Source: Candidatus Gastranaerophilales bacterium
GTDB taxonomy: Bacteria; Cyanobacteriota; Vampirovibrionia; Gastranaerophilales; CAJFVJ01
DNA: 46,272 nt
NCBI GenBank assembly: GCA_028694275.1
Contig: JAQUTS010000001.1
Coordinates: 1-46,272, forward strand
Direction: 5' to 3'
Shown here piece by piece: positions 17,165 to 26,801 of the stretch (its first letter is position 1; each line of letters begins with the position of its first letter). The translations under genes were made by a program, and so were the position numbers. The notes under the pieces are model-generated. The model was not told where the DNA came from, ran no database searches, and worked only from the letters and a program-made list of their open reading frames with translations.

Positions 17165-20100
17165 CGGAAAATATTTTTTAACAAAAATTATTCCTCTTTT
17201 TATACAAAAAGAGAGTGAAATATCAACTGATTTTACTATAACGCAGAGTTCGTACGAAACCTGTAAGGCTACTTTGCATCTTGAAAGAGACGGCAAAGAA
17301 TATGAAGTAAAAGTTAGTTTTAGGCCTATGTCCTCATCAGAAGTCGATAATTTTGTTGCCGTCATAAAACGCCAGCCTTTGATGAGAAGTTTTGTCGGAC
17401 TTCGTAATATAAATGCTTCTGTATTGCAGGCCCTTGAAACTTTTGGTGTGAATTTAATCCCTCAAACCAAGCAAGAATTTATGATGAAATCAAACCAAAA
17501 GATTGATAAAAGCTTGTTTTACGCAGTTGTAAGTGCAATTGCGGATGATCTTGATAAGCATCCGATGCTTCTTTTTGATCTTAGGGCAATTGATCAAGAT
17601 TTGGTTATCAATGCTTGTGATGCACCTGATCCTTTGCTTGTGCAAGAAAGTTCTAACGGGCAAAAAGACTTGCCGTCAATAGTTTTGGATAAAGCCAATT
17701 TGGATGATATGTTTGAGCTTTTGCCTGATAATCCTGATTTTTTTCCGCGTAAAAATTTCAAAATCGAGCTTCTTTCTATTTATGAAAAAATTGATGAAGA
17801 ATTCGAAAGCCTTGCGTTTAATGAAAACATCGCTCCCATTCGGAATACTCATTATTTTTTCTTTAAAGATGATAAAGGTGGCCTAAAGGCTTTTGTTTAT
17901 CCTGCTAATAATTTTTCATTTTATCTGAAATCAAAGGGTTCTTTGTACAGATTCAAAACACAAGTCAAAAAAATCCCGGTTATGGTTGATGGTGAAATAG
18001 TTTGGCGTCAAGAGGCGGGTATTGAAGTCGGTGTTGATATTGTTTTTGATTATTTTCTTAATTTGTCTAAATTGGGCGAAGAAGAAATTTTCACTCCTTC
18101 AACGAAGTTTCTAAACTATACATCGTTATTGGCAAAAGAAATTGTCAGAACAATGCATTTTAGGCCATATGTTAAAGAGCAGGGCGAAATATTTGAAGTC
18201 AAATATTGCATGCTTGATTTGAATGAGCATACAAGCCAGCTTATTGAGGCCCAAAGACTGTTAATGCCTGAAAATTTCGGTTTCGAAGAAGAAAGTTTGT
18301 ACGGCAAAACTTTTGCGACTGAGTTTTTGGATTATTTTGTTAATTATGTTGTTTATAAGTTTATTTTTATCAAAAATGCGGCGTTTAAAATTAATCCGAT
18401 TTTGAACTATCTTGTCAAAAACCAGCCGTTCAGAAGCCTGAAAAATGAAACCAATATAGCAAAAAGTATGAAAATTTGGTTTGATTCAATTGCAACAAGA
18501 CGCCATAGGCACAGGCCTTTGATTAGGATTGAAGAGCTTTCTCAAAGTGAATTTTCGGTGAGTGTTGATATTGTTGATTCTCATCATCCGGATGTTCCGA
18601 TTATGAGCTTTGCTGAACTTTTTATAGATACAGATTCCAAAAAAGAACTTATCAAAAAAGAAATTTCTGATCAGATTTATCTTGCAGGATCTTATTTTGA
18701 GCCTATGAACAGATATGCCCTATCAGAGGGTAAAGCACCTATTTTGCTTTCTATGGCTGATCTTTTGATTGTTATTTCTCAGTTGACTGCTGTTTTGGCA
18801 AAAATTGACATAAATATTATAATCCCGCAAACACTCAAAAATATCGTAATCCCTAAAGCCGTTTTAAGGGCTTATTCTAAGGGAAGTTTTGATTATGATA
18901 ATATTTTTGAGAAAAAGACAGTCGGCACATTCTCTCTTGATGATATTATGGATTTTTCTTATGAAATTTCTATCGGCGATGAAACAATATCAAAAGAGGA
19001 GTTCTTGGAGCTTACAAAATCTGCCCAAAAACTCATTATGTATAAAGACAAATACATTCTTTTGAACCCTGATGATGTCAAAAATCTCGTCAAAAAACTC
19101 AATTCTGTTGACAAAATTGAGATGAATAACGTCAAACTTCTTCATGGGGCTCTGACTCGTCAGTTGAACGGCTTTGAGTTTGATTATGATGAAGCATTTG
19201 AACGAGCTATAAAAAACATCATCGATATTGAAGATATTGATATCCCTGATGGTTTGACAGGTACATTAAGGCCATATCAGGTGAGCGGGTATAAATGGCT
19301 GTATTCCAATTGTAAAAAAGGTTTTGGGTCTTGTATCGCCGATGATATGGGTCTTGGTAAAACTATTCAGGTATTGAGTTTGATTCTAAAACTTAAAGAA
19401 GAAGGCAAGCTTGAAAAACCCGTTTTGTGTATTGTGCCCACAACTCTTGCAGGCAACTGGGTAAAAGAATGTCAAAAGTTTGCTCCTTCCATAAAAACCT
19501 GCATGTATCATGGTCAGGACAGAGAACTTGATATGACATCTGATATGATTATTACTACTTATTCGATTTTGCGGATGGAAATTGAGCATCTTACAGAGCA
19601 TGAATGGGCCATTGTGATTATAGATGAAGCCCAAAATATCAAAAACCCTACAACTGCCCAAACAATGGCGGTAAAATCGCTTAAAACTCCTCATTGTATA
19701 GCTATGACAGGTACTCCTATCGAAAACAGATTAAGTGAGTTATGGAGTATATTTGACTTCGTAAATAAAGGATATTTGGGAAGTTTGAACGATTTTCAAA
19801 AAAACTACGCAAATCAAATCGAAAAAGAAAAAGATATTGAATCAGCACAAAGGCTCAAAAAAGCATCATCTCCGTTTATTTTGCGCCGCTTAAAAACCGA
19901 CAAATCAATTATAGATGATCTTCCTGAAAAAATGGTTCTTGATGATTATTGTTATTTGTCCAAAGAGCAAGCTGCTTTGTATGAAAAAACTCTTGAAAAC
20001 ACGATGAAAACAGTCCAAACTTCATCAGGTATTACAAGACGCGGTAATATTTTGAAGTTGATTACTTCATTGAAGCAAATCTGCAATCACCCGTCGCACT

Positions 20101-20657
20101 ACACCAAATCAAAAAATGTCAAAGTCGATGATTCAGGGAAAATGGCTCATACTGTGGATATTTTGCGCAATATCTTTATGAATGATGAGAAGGCTCTTTT
20201 GTTCTCTCAATATAAAGAAATGGGCGAGATACTTTGCAAGGTTGTGCAAGAAGAGTTCAACATCGAGCCGATATTCTTCCATGGGTCTTTGCCTCGTAAC
20301 AAGCGTGAAGAATATATCGAAGATTTCCAAACAAATGATGACAAAAAACTTATGATTTTGTCTCTAAAAGCAGGCGGTACTGGTCTAAACCTCACTGCTG
20401 CATCAAATGTAATCCATTATGACTTGTGGTGGAACCCTGCTGTTGAAAATCAAGCAACTGACAGAACATATCGTATCGGTCAGGACAAAAACATCATGGT
20501 CCATAGGCTAATCACGATGGGAACATTTGAAGAAAAAATCGATGATATGCTAAAAGCCAAAACAGAACTCGTTGATATGTCATTGTTCTCAGGTGAGCAA
20601 AATATCACGGAACTCTCAGACAAAGAAATCCTAGAGATTTTCTCTTTGACTGTTTAA
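17151..20657 (+). CDS. SNF2-family ATPase with a long bacterial-type N-terminal region
   Basis: LRPYQVSGYKWL, DDMGLGKT (motif I), DEAQNIKN (II), MTGTPIEN (III), LKAGGTGLNLT (V) and QATDRTYRIGQ (VI) are all intact. The start is ATG 17151 or TTG 17139. Either one overlaps the peptidase gene. Confidence 0.9.
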   Translation: MKKDSGKYFLTKIIPLFIQKESEISTDFTITQSSYETCKATLHLERDGKEYEVKVSFRPMSSSEVDNFVAVIKRQPLMRSFVGLRNINASVLQALETFGVNLIPQTKQEFMMKSNQKIDKSLFYAVVSAIADDLDKHPMLLFDLRAIDQDLVINACDAPDPLLVQESSNGQKDLPSIVLDKANLDDMFELLPDNPDFFPRKNFKIELLSIYEKIDEEFESLAFNENIAPIRNTHYFFFKDDKGGLKAFVYPANNFSFYLKSKGSLYRFKTQVKKIPVMVDGEIVWRQEAGIEVGVDIVFDYFLNLSKLGEEEIFTPSTKFLNYTSLLAKEIVRTMHFRPYVKEQGEIFEVKYCMLDLNEHTSQLIEAQRLLMPENFGFEEESLYGKTFATEFLDYFVNYVVYKFIFIKNAAFKINPILNYLVKNQPFRSLKNETNIAKSMKIWFDSIATRRHRHRPLIRIEELSQSEFSVSVDIVDSHHPDVPIMSFAELFIDTDSKKELIKKEISDQIYLAGSYFEPMNRYALSEGKAPILLSMADLLIVISQLTAVLAKIDINIIIPQTLKNIVIPKAVLRAYSKGSFDYDNIFEKKTVGTFSLDDIMDFSYEISIGDETISKEEFLELTKSAQKLIMYKDKYILLNPDDVKNLVKKLNSVDKIEMNNVKLLHGALTRQLNGFEFDYDEAFERAIKNIIDIEDIDIPDGLTGTLRPYQVSGYKWLYSNCKKGFGSCIADDMGLGKTIQVLSLILKLKEEGKLEKPVLCIVPTTLAGNWVKECQKFAPSIKTCMYHGQDRELDMTSDMIITTYSILRMEIEHLTEHEWAIVIIDEAQNIKNPTTAQTMAVKSLKTPHCIAMTGTPIENRLSELWSIFDFVNKGYLGSLNDFQKNYANQIEKEKDIESAQRLKKASSPFILRRLKTDKSIIDDLPEKMVLDDYCYLSKEQAALYEKTLENTMKTVQTSSGITRRGNILKLITSLKQICNHPSHYTKSKNVKVDDSGKMAHTVDILRNIFMNDEKALLFSQYKEMGEILCKVVQEEFNIEPIFFHGSLPRNKREEYIEDFQTNDDKKLMILSLKAGGTGLNLTAASNVIHYDLWWNPAVENQATDRTYRIGQDKNIMVHRLITMGTFEEKIDDMLKAKTELVDMSLFSGEQNITELSDKEILEIFSLTV

Positions 20658-21212
20658 AAACTCTATCATTTGCTTTAGGGCGATAGATCTGTGCGAAATT
20701 TTATTCTTTTCATCAAGGTTCAATTCAGCCATGGTTTTACCAAGTTCAGGTATAAAAAATATCGGGTCGTATCCAAAGCCATTTGTGCCTTTTTGCTCTT
20801 TAAGGATAATACCTTTACAAATCCCTTCTGATGTATAAAGAAGCTCTCCTTTAGAATCTGTAAGTGTCATGCAACATACAAATTGAGCATTGCGATTGTC
20901 TTGCCCCTTCAAGCTGTCGATGGCTTTTTGTATACGTTCGGCATTTGTTTGGGCCCATCTGGCAGAATGAACACCCGGAGCACCACCCAAAGCTTCTATC
21001 TGAAGCCCTGAATCATCAGCAAGTGCAGGCAATCCCATAAGTCTACTAGCGGCTTTTGCCTTGATGAGAGAGTTATCAAAAAATGTCTTACCATCTTCAA
21101 TAGGGTCAAAATCTGATGGCGGGTTGATTATTTGAATATCAAAATGCTTAAAAATAGCCTGCATTTCAATTAGTTTGTTTTTGTTTTGAGTCGCCAGGAC
21201 AATTCTTTTCAT
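20631..21212 (-). CDS. rdgB: Non-canonical purine NTP pyrophosphatase (RdgB/HAM1)
   Basis: RIVLATQNKNK, ADDSGL, FGYDPIF, SHR. I prefer ATG 21212 (GGAG 6-7 nt upstream, 1 nt after the uppS stop) over the track start at 21260. Confidence 0.9.
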   Translation of the reverse strand: MKRIVLATQNKNKLIEMQAIFKHFDIQIINPPSDFDPIEDGKTFFDNSLIKAKAASRLMGLPALADDSGLQIEALGGAPGVHSARWAQTNAERIQKAIDSLKGQDNRNAQFVCCMTLTDSKGELLYTSEGICKGIILKEQKGTNGFGYDPIFFIPELGKTMAELNLDEKNKISHRSIALKQMIEFLNSQRENL

Positions 21213-21213
21213 T

Positions 21214-21951
21214 TTACACTCCAAAACGTCTTGAGCGTTTTGCAAATTCGCGTACGACATCTTCCAATGATTCTTGACCGAATTCAGGCCAATAGGTCTC
21301 TGTTACATAGATTTCGCTATAGGCTAATTGCCACAGAAGGTAGTTGCTTATGCGCATTTCTCCGCCTGTTCTGACCATTATATCGGGGTCGGGAATACCT
21401 GCTGTATAAAGATTGTTTTCGATGGTTTCTTTTGTGATTTCATCAGATTTTAGCTCACCGTTTTCGACTTTTTGGGCAATATTTTTGACGGCGGTTAATA
21501 TCTCGTGCTGGCTACTGTAGTTAATTGCGATTTGAAGGTTTACACCTGTATTATCTTTACTTTTTTCCATTGAAGTGTTAAGAATCCCTTTAAGTTTGTC
21601 ATCAAGTGGCTCCATATCTCCTATGATTTTTATTTTTACGCCTTCTTTTAACATTTCGTTTAGTTCGTTTTTGAGGGTTTCATATAGAAGTTTCATCAAA
21701 AAAGATACTTCTTCTTGGGTTCTTTTCCAGTTTTCTGTAGAGAATGCATATACAGTTATGTATTTAATGCCAAAATCATTTGCCAAACGCACGATTTTTT
21801 TGAGACTCTCAACGCCTTTGTTGTGTCCTGCAGCTGTCGGTAGTCCAAGTGTTTTGGCCCAGCGTCTGTTACCATCCATAATTATTGCAATGTGTTTGAG
21901 CTCAGTTTTTTCTACCAGTTCTTTTATTGTGTATTCTTGTACTTCTAACAT
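21214..21951 (-). CDS. uppS: Undecaprenyl-diphosphate synthase (cis-prenyltransferase)
   Basis: HIAIIMDGNRRWAK and YAFSTENWKR. I prefer ATG 21951 with an AGGGA SD 7 nt upstream over the TTG at 21981. Confidence 0.92.
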   Translation of the reverse strand: MLEVQEYTIKELVEKTELKHIAIIMDGNRRWAKTLGLPTAAGHNKGVESLKKIVRLANDFGIKYITVYAFSTENWKRTQEEVSFLMKLLYETLKNELNEMLKEGVKIKIIGDMEPLDDKLKGILNTSMEKSKDNTGVNLQIAINYSSQHEILTAVKNIAQKVENGELKSDEITKETIENNLYTAGIPDPDIMVRTGGEMRISNYLLWQLAYSEIYVTETYWPEFGQESLEDVVREFAKRSRRFGV

Positions 21952-22017
21952 ATTAAAATCCCTACTGCCTATCTTATACAATTATAAAACAAATACGATT
22001 TATGATAAACTTGAGGA

Positions 22018-22518
22018 ATGATTGAGATTTTAATTTTGTACATATTGCTCCCTTCCAAGAACACTCTGTACGGAATCCAAAAAATTATAAAAGACAAATT
22101 TCTTTATCTGAACAGTGCAACTTTCGGATCTTTGCATCCTGCTGTTGAAAGACTCTTGAAAAAAGGTTTTGTCACAGAAAAAAGAACCCTATCTGATGGC
22201 GGGCGCAAAAAAAATATTTATACAATCACTAAAGAAGGCAAAGAATATGTTTTTTCGACTTTGAAGGCGGATTTTTCGCCCAAAACTTCAGGCATTGAAA
22301 GACAAATAGCCGTTAAACTTGCTTGTAGTGATATTTTGGATGTTCAACTGCGAAAAGAATTATATACAAAAACTGTACGATATTATGAGTATAGAGTGGC
22401 TGTATTGCAAAAGTTGTTGAAAAATAAAGACTATAGCAAAATTCAACTAGAGCAAATACACCTTTTTATAAAAAATTATGAGAGCCAGATTAATTTATTG
22501 GGCAATTTTCTAGATTGA
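22018..22518 (+). CDS. PadR-family transcriptional regulator
   Basis: ILILYIL....LYGIQKII and LHPAVERLLKKGFV...YTITKEGK form a winged-helix pattern typical of PadR. Confidence 0.75.
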   Translation: MIEILILYILLPSKNTLYGIQKIIKDKFLYLNSATFGSLHPAVERLLKKGFVTEKRTLSDGGRKKNIYTITKEGKEYVFSTLKADFSPKTSGIERQIAVKLACSDILDVQLRKELYTKTVRYYEYRVAVLQKLLKNKDYSKIQLEQIHLFIKNYESQINLLGNFLD

Positions 22519-22567
22519 CGGTTTTTTTTCTGTTAGAATTATTTCATAGCTAATCAAAGGAGAAGAC

Positions 22568-23887
22568 ATGCCTAAATCGAAGCTTACTTTATGTATATTT
22601 GCAGCTTTGGTTCTTGGTGTCTTTTGCGGGTGGTTATTCCCCGATTTTTGCGCACAACTCAAACCCTTGGCGGATTTGTTTTTGCGTATGATTAAGATGA
22701 TCATAGCTCCTTTGATTTTGTCAACACTTATTGTCGGTATAGCGTGGCATGGTAATGTCAAACATCTTGGGCAAATCGGCCTTAAGACCATAGTTTATTT
22801 TGAAGTTGTTACAACTTTGGCTTTGGCGATTGGTCTTGGTGTTGCAAATTATTTCAAGCCCGGTCATGGATTCAATGTGGCTGCTTCGGCCCAAAATATG
22901 GCAATTGTTGAGCAAATGGGACATGTTAATGTGAACAGCTCTGTTGCTGATACATTTTTGCATATGGTTCCAAACAGTATTGTTGAAGCAATGGCAAAGG
23001 GTGATATTCTTCAGATAGTTTTCTTTGCGGTATTTTTCTCAATAGCTTTGGCCTCTATAGGTGATAAGGGCAAACCTATTTTGAATGTACTGTCATCTTT
23101 GGCTGATGTAATGTTTAAGGTAACTGAATATGTTATGCTTTTTGCACCTATTGGTGTGTTTGCAGCAATTTCCAGTACCATCGGCGAGAACGGAATAGGT
23201 GTTTTGGCTATTTATGCAAAACTTATAGGAGTTTTGTATTTGGCATTATTTTTGTTTATTACTTTTGTTCTTTTTGTCGCCTGCAAAATTTGTAAAATAC
23301 CTTTTATGGGTTTGTTGAAGGCTCTTCAAGAACCTGCTTTGCTTGCTTTTTCGACTGCAAGTTCAGAGGCAGCATTGCCAAAAGCAATGAAGGTTATGGA
23401 AAATTTCGGCGTTCCTCGAAATATCGTAGGTTTTGTAATGCCGACAGGATATACGTTTAATTTAGATGGAAGCACTCTTTATTTGTCTTTGGCGGTTGTG
23501 TTTGTTGCACAAGCATCGGGCATCACTTTGGATTTGCACCATCAATTGATGATAATGTTGACACTTATGCTCACCAGCAAGGGAATTGCTGCTGTTCCAA
23601 GGGTGTCTTTGATTGTACTTACAGCGACTTTGGCTAGTTTCAATTTGCCGATAGCAGGCGTTGCTATTTTACTTGGAATTGACCAGATTCTTGATATGGG
23701 TAGAACAACCGTAAACTTGATCGGTAATTGCGTCGCTTCAACAGTGATTGCAAAATGGGAAAAAGTTTTCGATTATAATAAAATGTGTGAATATTTGGAG
23801 ATTTCCAATATAAAAATCAGTCCTAAGTATCAAAACATCAGATTTTTGTATAACAATGCGCAAGAAGAAATCTCTAAAATAGGATAG
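22568..23887 (+). CDS. Dicarboxylate/amino acid:cation symporter (DAACS family)
   Basis: AAGGAG SD upstream. SSEAALP, PTGYTFNLDGS and DMGRTTVNLIGN motifs. About 8-10 TM segments. Confidence 0.9.
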   Translation: MPKSKLTLCIFAALVLGVFCGWLFPDFCAQLKPLADLFLRMIKMIIAPLILSTLIVGIAWHGNVKHLGQIGLKTIVYFEVVTTLALAIGLGVANYFKPGHGFNVAASAQNMAIVEQMGHVNVNSSVADTFLHMVPNSIVEAMAKGDILQIVFFAVFFSIALASIGDKGKPILNVLSSLADVMFKVTEYVMLFAPIGVFAAISSTIGENGIGVLAIYAKLIGVLYLALFLFITFVLFVACKICKIPFMGLLKALQEPALLAFSTASSEAALPKAMKVMENFGVPRNIVGFVMPTGYTFNLDGSTLYLSLAVVFVAQASGITLDLHHQLMIMLTLMLTSKGIAAVPRVSLIVLTATLASFNLPIAGVAILLGIDQILDMGRTTVNLIGNCVASTVIAKWEKVFDYNKMCEYLEISNIKISPKYQNIRFLYNNAQEEISKIG

Positions 23888-23914
23888 TAGTTTAATATTA
23901 TAGGAATAAATGTC

Positions 23915-24934
23915 ATGAAAATTGTGTGTTTTGACGTGAAGGACTATGAACGTGCAGAATTGGGCAAGTTATCACAAGTGGCTTCCGATGTTGTATTGTT
24001 AGAAGATAGTTTCCACATAAATTTTGAATCAAATTATGAAAAAATAAAAGACGCAGAGATAATATCCGTTTTCGTCAATTCGAGACTTTGGGCTGATAAA
24101 TTGTCCAAACTCCCTAACCTAAAGTATGTCTCAACCCGCTCGACAGGGTTTTCGCATATTGATTTGGACTATTGCAAAGAACATAATATAGCTGTTTCAA
24201 ATGTCCCTAGATACGGTGATATTACTGTTGCCGAATATGCTTTTGCTTTGCTTATGAGCTTGACCAAAAAAGTTACTGAGTCAGCATCAGATCTCAAAAA
24301 TAACGTTATCAACCCGGGGTCTTATATCGGTACGGAACTTTTCAGAAAAACCGTTGGTGTTATCGGTGTTGGCTCAATTGGCGGGCAATTTTGCCGTATT
24401 GCCCATGGGTTGGGTATGAATATTCTTGGATATGATCTGTATCCAAATCAAGAATACGCTGCTAAATACGGCGTGAATTTTGTTTCTATGAATGAGCTTT
24501 TAGCGCAGTCTGATATTATTTCTGTACATGCACCAAGCACTAAAGAGAACCTTCACTTGATAGATGCACCTCAATTTGAACTGATGAAAAATGGTGTGAT
24601 TATAATTAACACAGCAAGAGGAGAAATAATCAATACAAAGGCGTTATATGATGCTTTGCTGAGTGGCAAGGTGGGCGGTGCTGGCCTTGATGTTCTTGAG
24701 TGCGAGGATATTTTGACAAATCAGGATAAATTTTTGCAAAAAGATGAATGTAAAATACAAGACTGTCTTGAAAAAACTCTGATAAATCACCGACTTTTGA
24801 CAATGAAAAATGTCATCATCACACCGCACGTCGCTTTTGATACTCATGAAGCTGTAGAGCGTATTTTGGCTGTTACACTTGATAATATCCAGATGTTTTT
24901 GAATGGAGAAATTAAAAACAACGTTATAAAATGA
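23915..24934 (+). CDS. D-isomer-specific 2-hydroxyacid dehydrogenase
   Basis: GVIGVGSIGG NAD-binding site, INTARG, GAGLDV, ITPHVAF. Confidence 0.9.
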   Translation: MKIVCFDVKDYERAELGKLSQVASDVVLLEDSFHINFESNYEKIKDAEIISVFVNSRLWADKLSKLPNLKYVSTRSTGFSHIDLDYCKEHNIAVSNVPRYGDITVAEYAFALLMSLTKKVTESASDLKNNVINPGSYIGTELFRKTVGVIGVGSIGGQFCRIAHGLGMNILGYDLYPNQEYAAKYGVNFVSMNELLAQSDIISVHAPSTKENLHLIDAPQFELMKNGVIIINTARGEIINTKALYDALLSGKVGGAGLDVLECEDILTNQDKFLQKDECKIQDCLEKTLINHRLLTMKNVIITPHVAFDTHEAVERILAVTLDNIQMFLNGEIKNNVIK

Positions 24935-24985
24935 ACTCTTGGATGTAAGCTATAGCGTCGATTTTTCTCAACTTTTAGCTTTAAT

Positions 24986-25022
24986 CACCCGAAATATTCT
25001 ATAGTGTTAGTTTTTTCGGGTG
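24986..25022 (+). promoter_or_regulatory. Perfect 9-bp stem hairpin overlapping the putative RBS of the following small ORF
   Basis: CACCCGAAA (24986-24994) pairs with TTTCGGGTG (25014-25022), leaving a 19-nt loop. There is no T-run, so it is not a canonical terminator. Confidence 0.4.
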
Positions 25023-25026
25023 AATT

Positions 25027-25200
25027 ATGGCTACAATTATTGAAAACCCCCAAGGAAGACGTACTATCAGGCTGTCTATAGATGATGTTTTTATGATAAT
25101 CGGACAATATCAGCAAATATCTGCTTCCAAAATTTTAGAGTTTGAAGAAGCAAGGCATCTTTTGTCTAAGAATTTTATTTATATTCCAGAAGATGTGTGA
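25027..25200 (+). CDS. Small 57-aa ORF below the track cut-off, unknown function
   Basis: My translation is MATIIENPQGRRTIRLSIDDVFMIIGQYQQISASKILEFEEARHLLSKNFIYIPEDV. A GGGTGA lies 3 nt upstream. The composition is balanced and non-repetitive. The 3' end overlaps the convergent radical SAM gene by 22 nt. Confidence 0.4.
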   Translation: MATIIENPQGRRTIRLSIDDVFMIIGQYQQISASKILEFEEARHLLSKNFIYIPEDV

Positions 25201-26801
25201 AGAGCATCTTGTAATCTGTTTAGTTCTTTTAGCAGACTGGCTTTAGGTATTTCGTATTCAATCATATCCCAAGGCAAAATTTCATCGAAAAGGATGTCTC
25301 TGTTTGCATACCATTCAAACGGCGGCAAATTGCGGTCAATTTCTGAACATTCTTTATAAGCCCTGTTTATACTGCCTAAAGAGGCTGAATTACGGCAAAA
25401 CTCTATTAAAAGTTTTGAAATTCTTCTGTCTCCTCTTGAGATCAATCCTTGAATATGATCCCATTTGATACTTGTCGGGCGATATTTGATTCCTGACATA
25501 TGGAGATGTTTTTTGAGGTAGTCATTTTTTTCTTCAAGGGATTTGATATTTTCTCTGCCATACCATTGAAAAGGCGTATGGGCTTTTGGAACAAAGGATG
25601 TAGAACTGATTGTGATCGATATTTTGCGATATTTTTGCTGTAGTTCTTTTGCAAGAGTGACAAGTTCTTTTATGTCTTCCATTGTTTCTGTCGGAAGCCC
25701 TATCATTGTGTACATTTTTAGGCCTGTAAGTCCGTTTTCTGATGCGATTTTTACGCTTTCAAAAATTTGCTCGCGGGTGAGTTTTTTGTTAATAAAATCA
25801 CGAAGTCTTTGAGATCCTGCTTCAATAGCTATTGTTGATGATTTTTGCCCTGCTTTTACAAGCATTTGAACAATTTTGGGATTAAGCCTGTCAGCTCTTA
25901 GTGATGATATTGACACGTCAAAATTTTCTTCATCAAGTCTATCATTGATGTAGTCTGTGATTTTGTCAAATTCAGGGTGAGCACTCACTAATGCCCCGAG
26001 AAGACCGATTTTGCCTGCGTTTTTAATACCTTGTTCTATGGCATCAATGATTTGTTCATAGCTTGGGTATCTAAACGGCAAATTGCCGTATGAAGCCCAG
26101 CAAAAAGCGCATTTTTGCGGACAACCTCTTGCTATTTCCACTAGGCAATTACTGGAAAACATTGTATTTGGCGTAACAATCGGAGAGTACACGCAATCAA
26201 GGTTTTCTATTGTGTTTTTGATAACTTTTTCATCGGGTGTTATTGATTTGATACTGAAATCATCATTGTATTCAATTTGATATTTCGAGGGGACATATAT
26301 TCCTTTTATGTTTGATAATTGTTCTAGTTTCTGCGCCTTTGTCAAAGTTCTGTTCTCATAAATTAAATCGATAATATCGTTGGAGTTTTCGCCGTCTCCA
26401 ACTATTATGAAATCAAAAAACTCAGCAAAAGGTTCAGGATTTGCTGTCATCACAGGACCGCCGGCAAATAAAAGAGGGTGAGTTTCGTCTCTGTCTTTTG
26501 CATAAAGGGGGATCTTCAGTTTTTCAAGCATTTTAAATATATTAATAAAGTCGAATTCAAAAGAAAAAGAAAAACCAAAAAGCTCCACATCTTTCACGTT
26601 GTGTGATGTTTTTTCTGTATCAAAAAAATATCTTTCCATATTGGCTTTTGGGTTTGTATCGAATATTTTGCACATAGAAAGGTAGCCAAGAGCCGACATT
26701 CCGATGTTATAAGATGCAGGAAAGCTCATCCAAATTTTGATACTGTCTGATAGTTTTTCGCTTGGTTTGTATAGATAGGTTTCTTGCTTTTGTTTAGTCA
26801 T
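25179..26801 (-). CDS. Radical SAM protein (TIGR03960-like, uncharacterised subfamily)
   Basis: RGCPQKCAFC is a CxxxCxxC cluster motif. The N-terminal B12-binding-like region contains YNIGMSALGYL. Length is 540 aa. The subfamily call is from memory. Confidence 0.85.
   Translation of the reverse strand: MTKQKQETYLYKPSEKLSDSIKIWMSFPASYNIGMSALGYLSMCKIFDTNPKANMERYFFDTEKTSHNVKDVELFGFSFSFEFDFINIFKMLEKLKIPLYAKDRDETHPLLFAGGPVMTANPEPFAEFFDFIIVGDGENSNDIIDLIYENRTLTKAQKLEQLSNIKGIYVPSKYQIEYNDDFSIKSITPDEKVIKNTIENLDCVYSPIVTPNTMFSSNCLVEIARGCPQKCAFCWASYGNLPFRYPSYEQIIDAIEQGIKNAGKIGLLGALVSAHPEFDKITDYINDRLDEENFDVSISSLRADRLNPKIVQMLVKAGQKSSTIAIEAGSQRLRDFINKKLTREQIFESVKIASENGLTGLKMYTMIGLPTETMEDIKELVTLAKELQQKYRKISITISSTSFVPKAHTPFQWYGRENIKSLEEKNDYLKKHLHMSGIKYRPTSIKWDHIQGLISRGDRRISKLLIEFCRNSASLGSINRAYKECSEIDRNLPPFEWYANRDILFDEILPWDMIEYEIPKASLLKELNRLQDALHTSSGI

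Noticed and set aside
17151-20657. The SNF2 helicase as the core of a phage-defence system (DISARM-like or similar).
   Set aside because: The neighbours are an M20 peptidase, rdgB and uppS. There is no methyltransferase, PLD nuclease, DUF1998 or second helicase. The architecture matches the common housekeeping-type bacterial SNF2 proteins with an associated N-terminal domain.
22510-22791. 93-aa minus-strand ORF overlapping the start of the symporter gene.
   Set aside because: It lies opposite a well-supported DAACS gene that has a strong AAGGAG SD. It has no SD of its own and a basic, low-complexity product.
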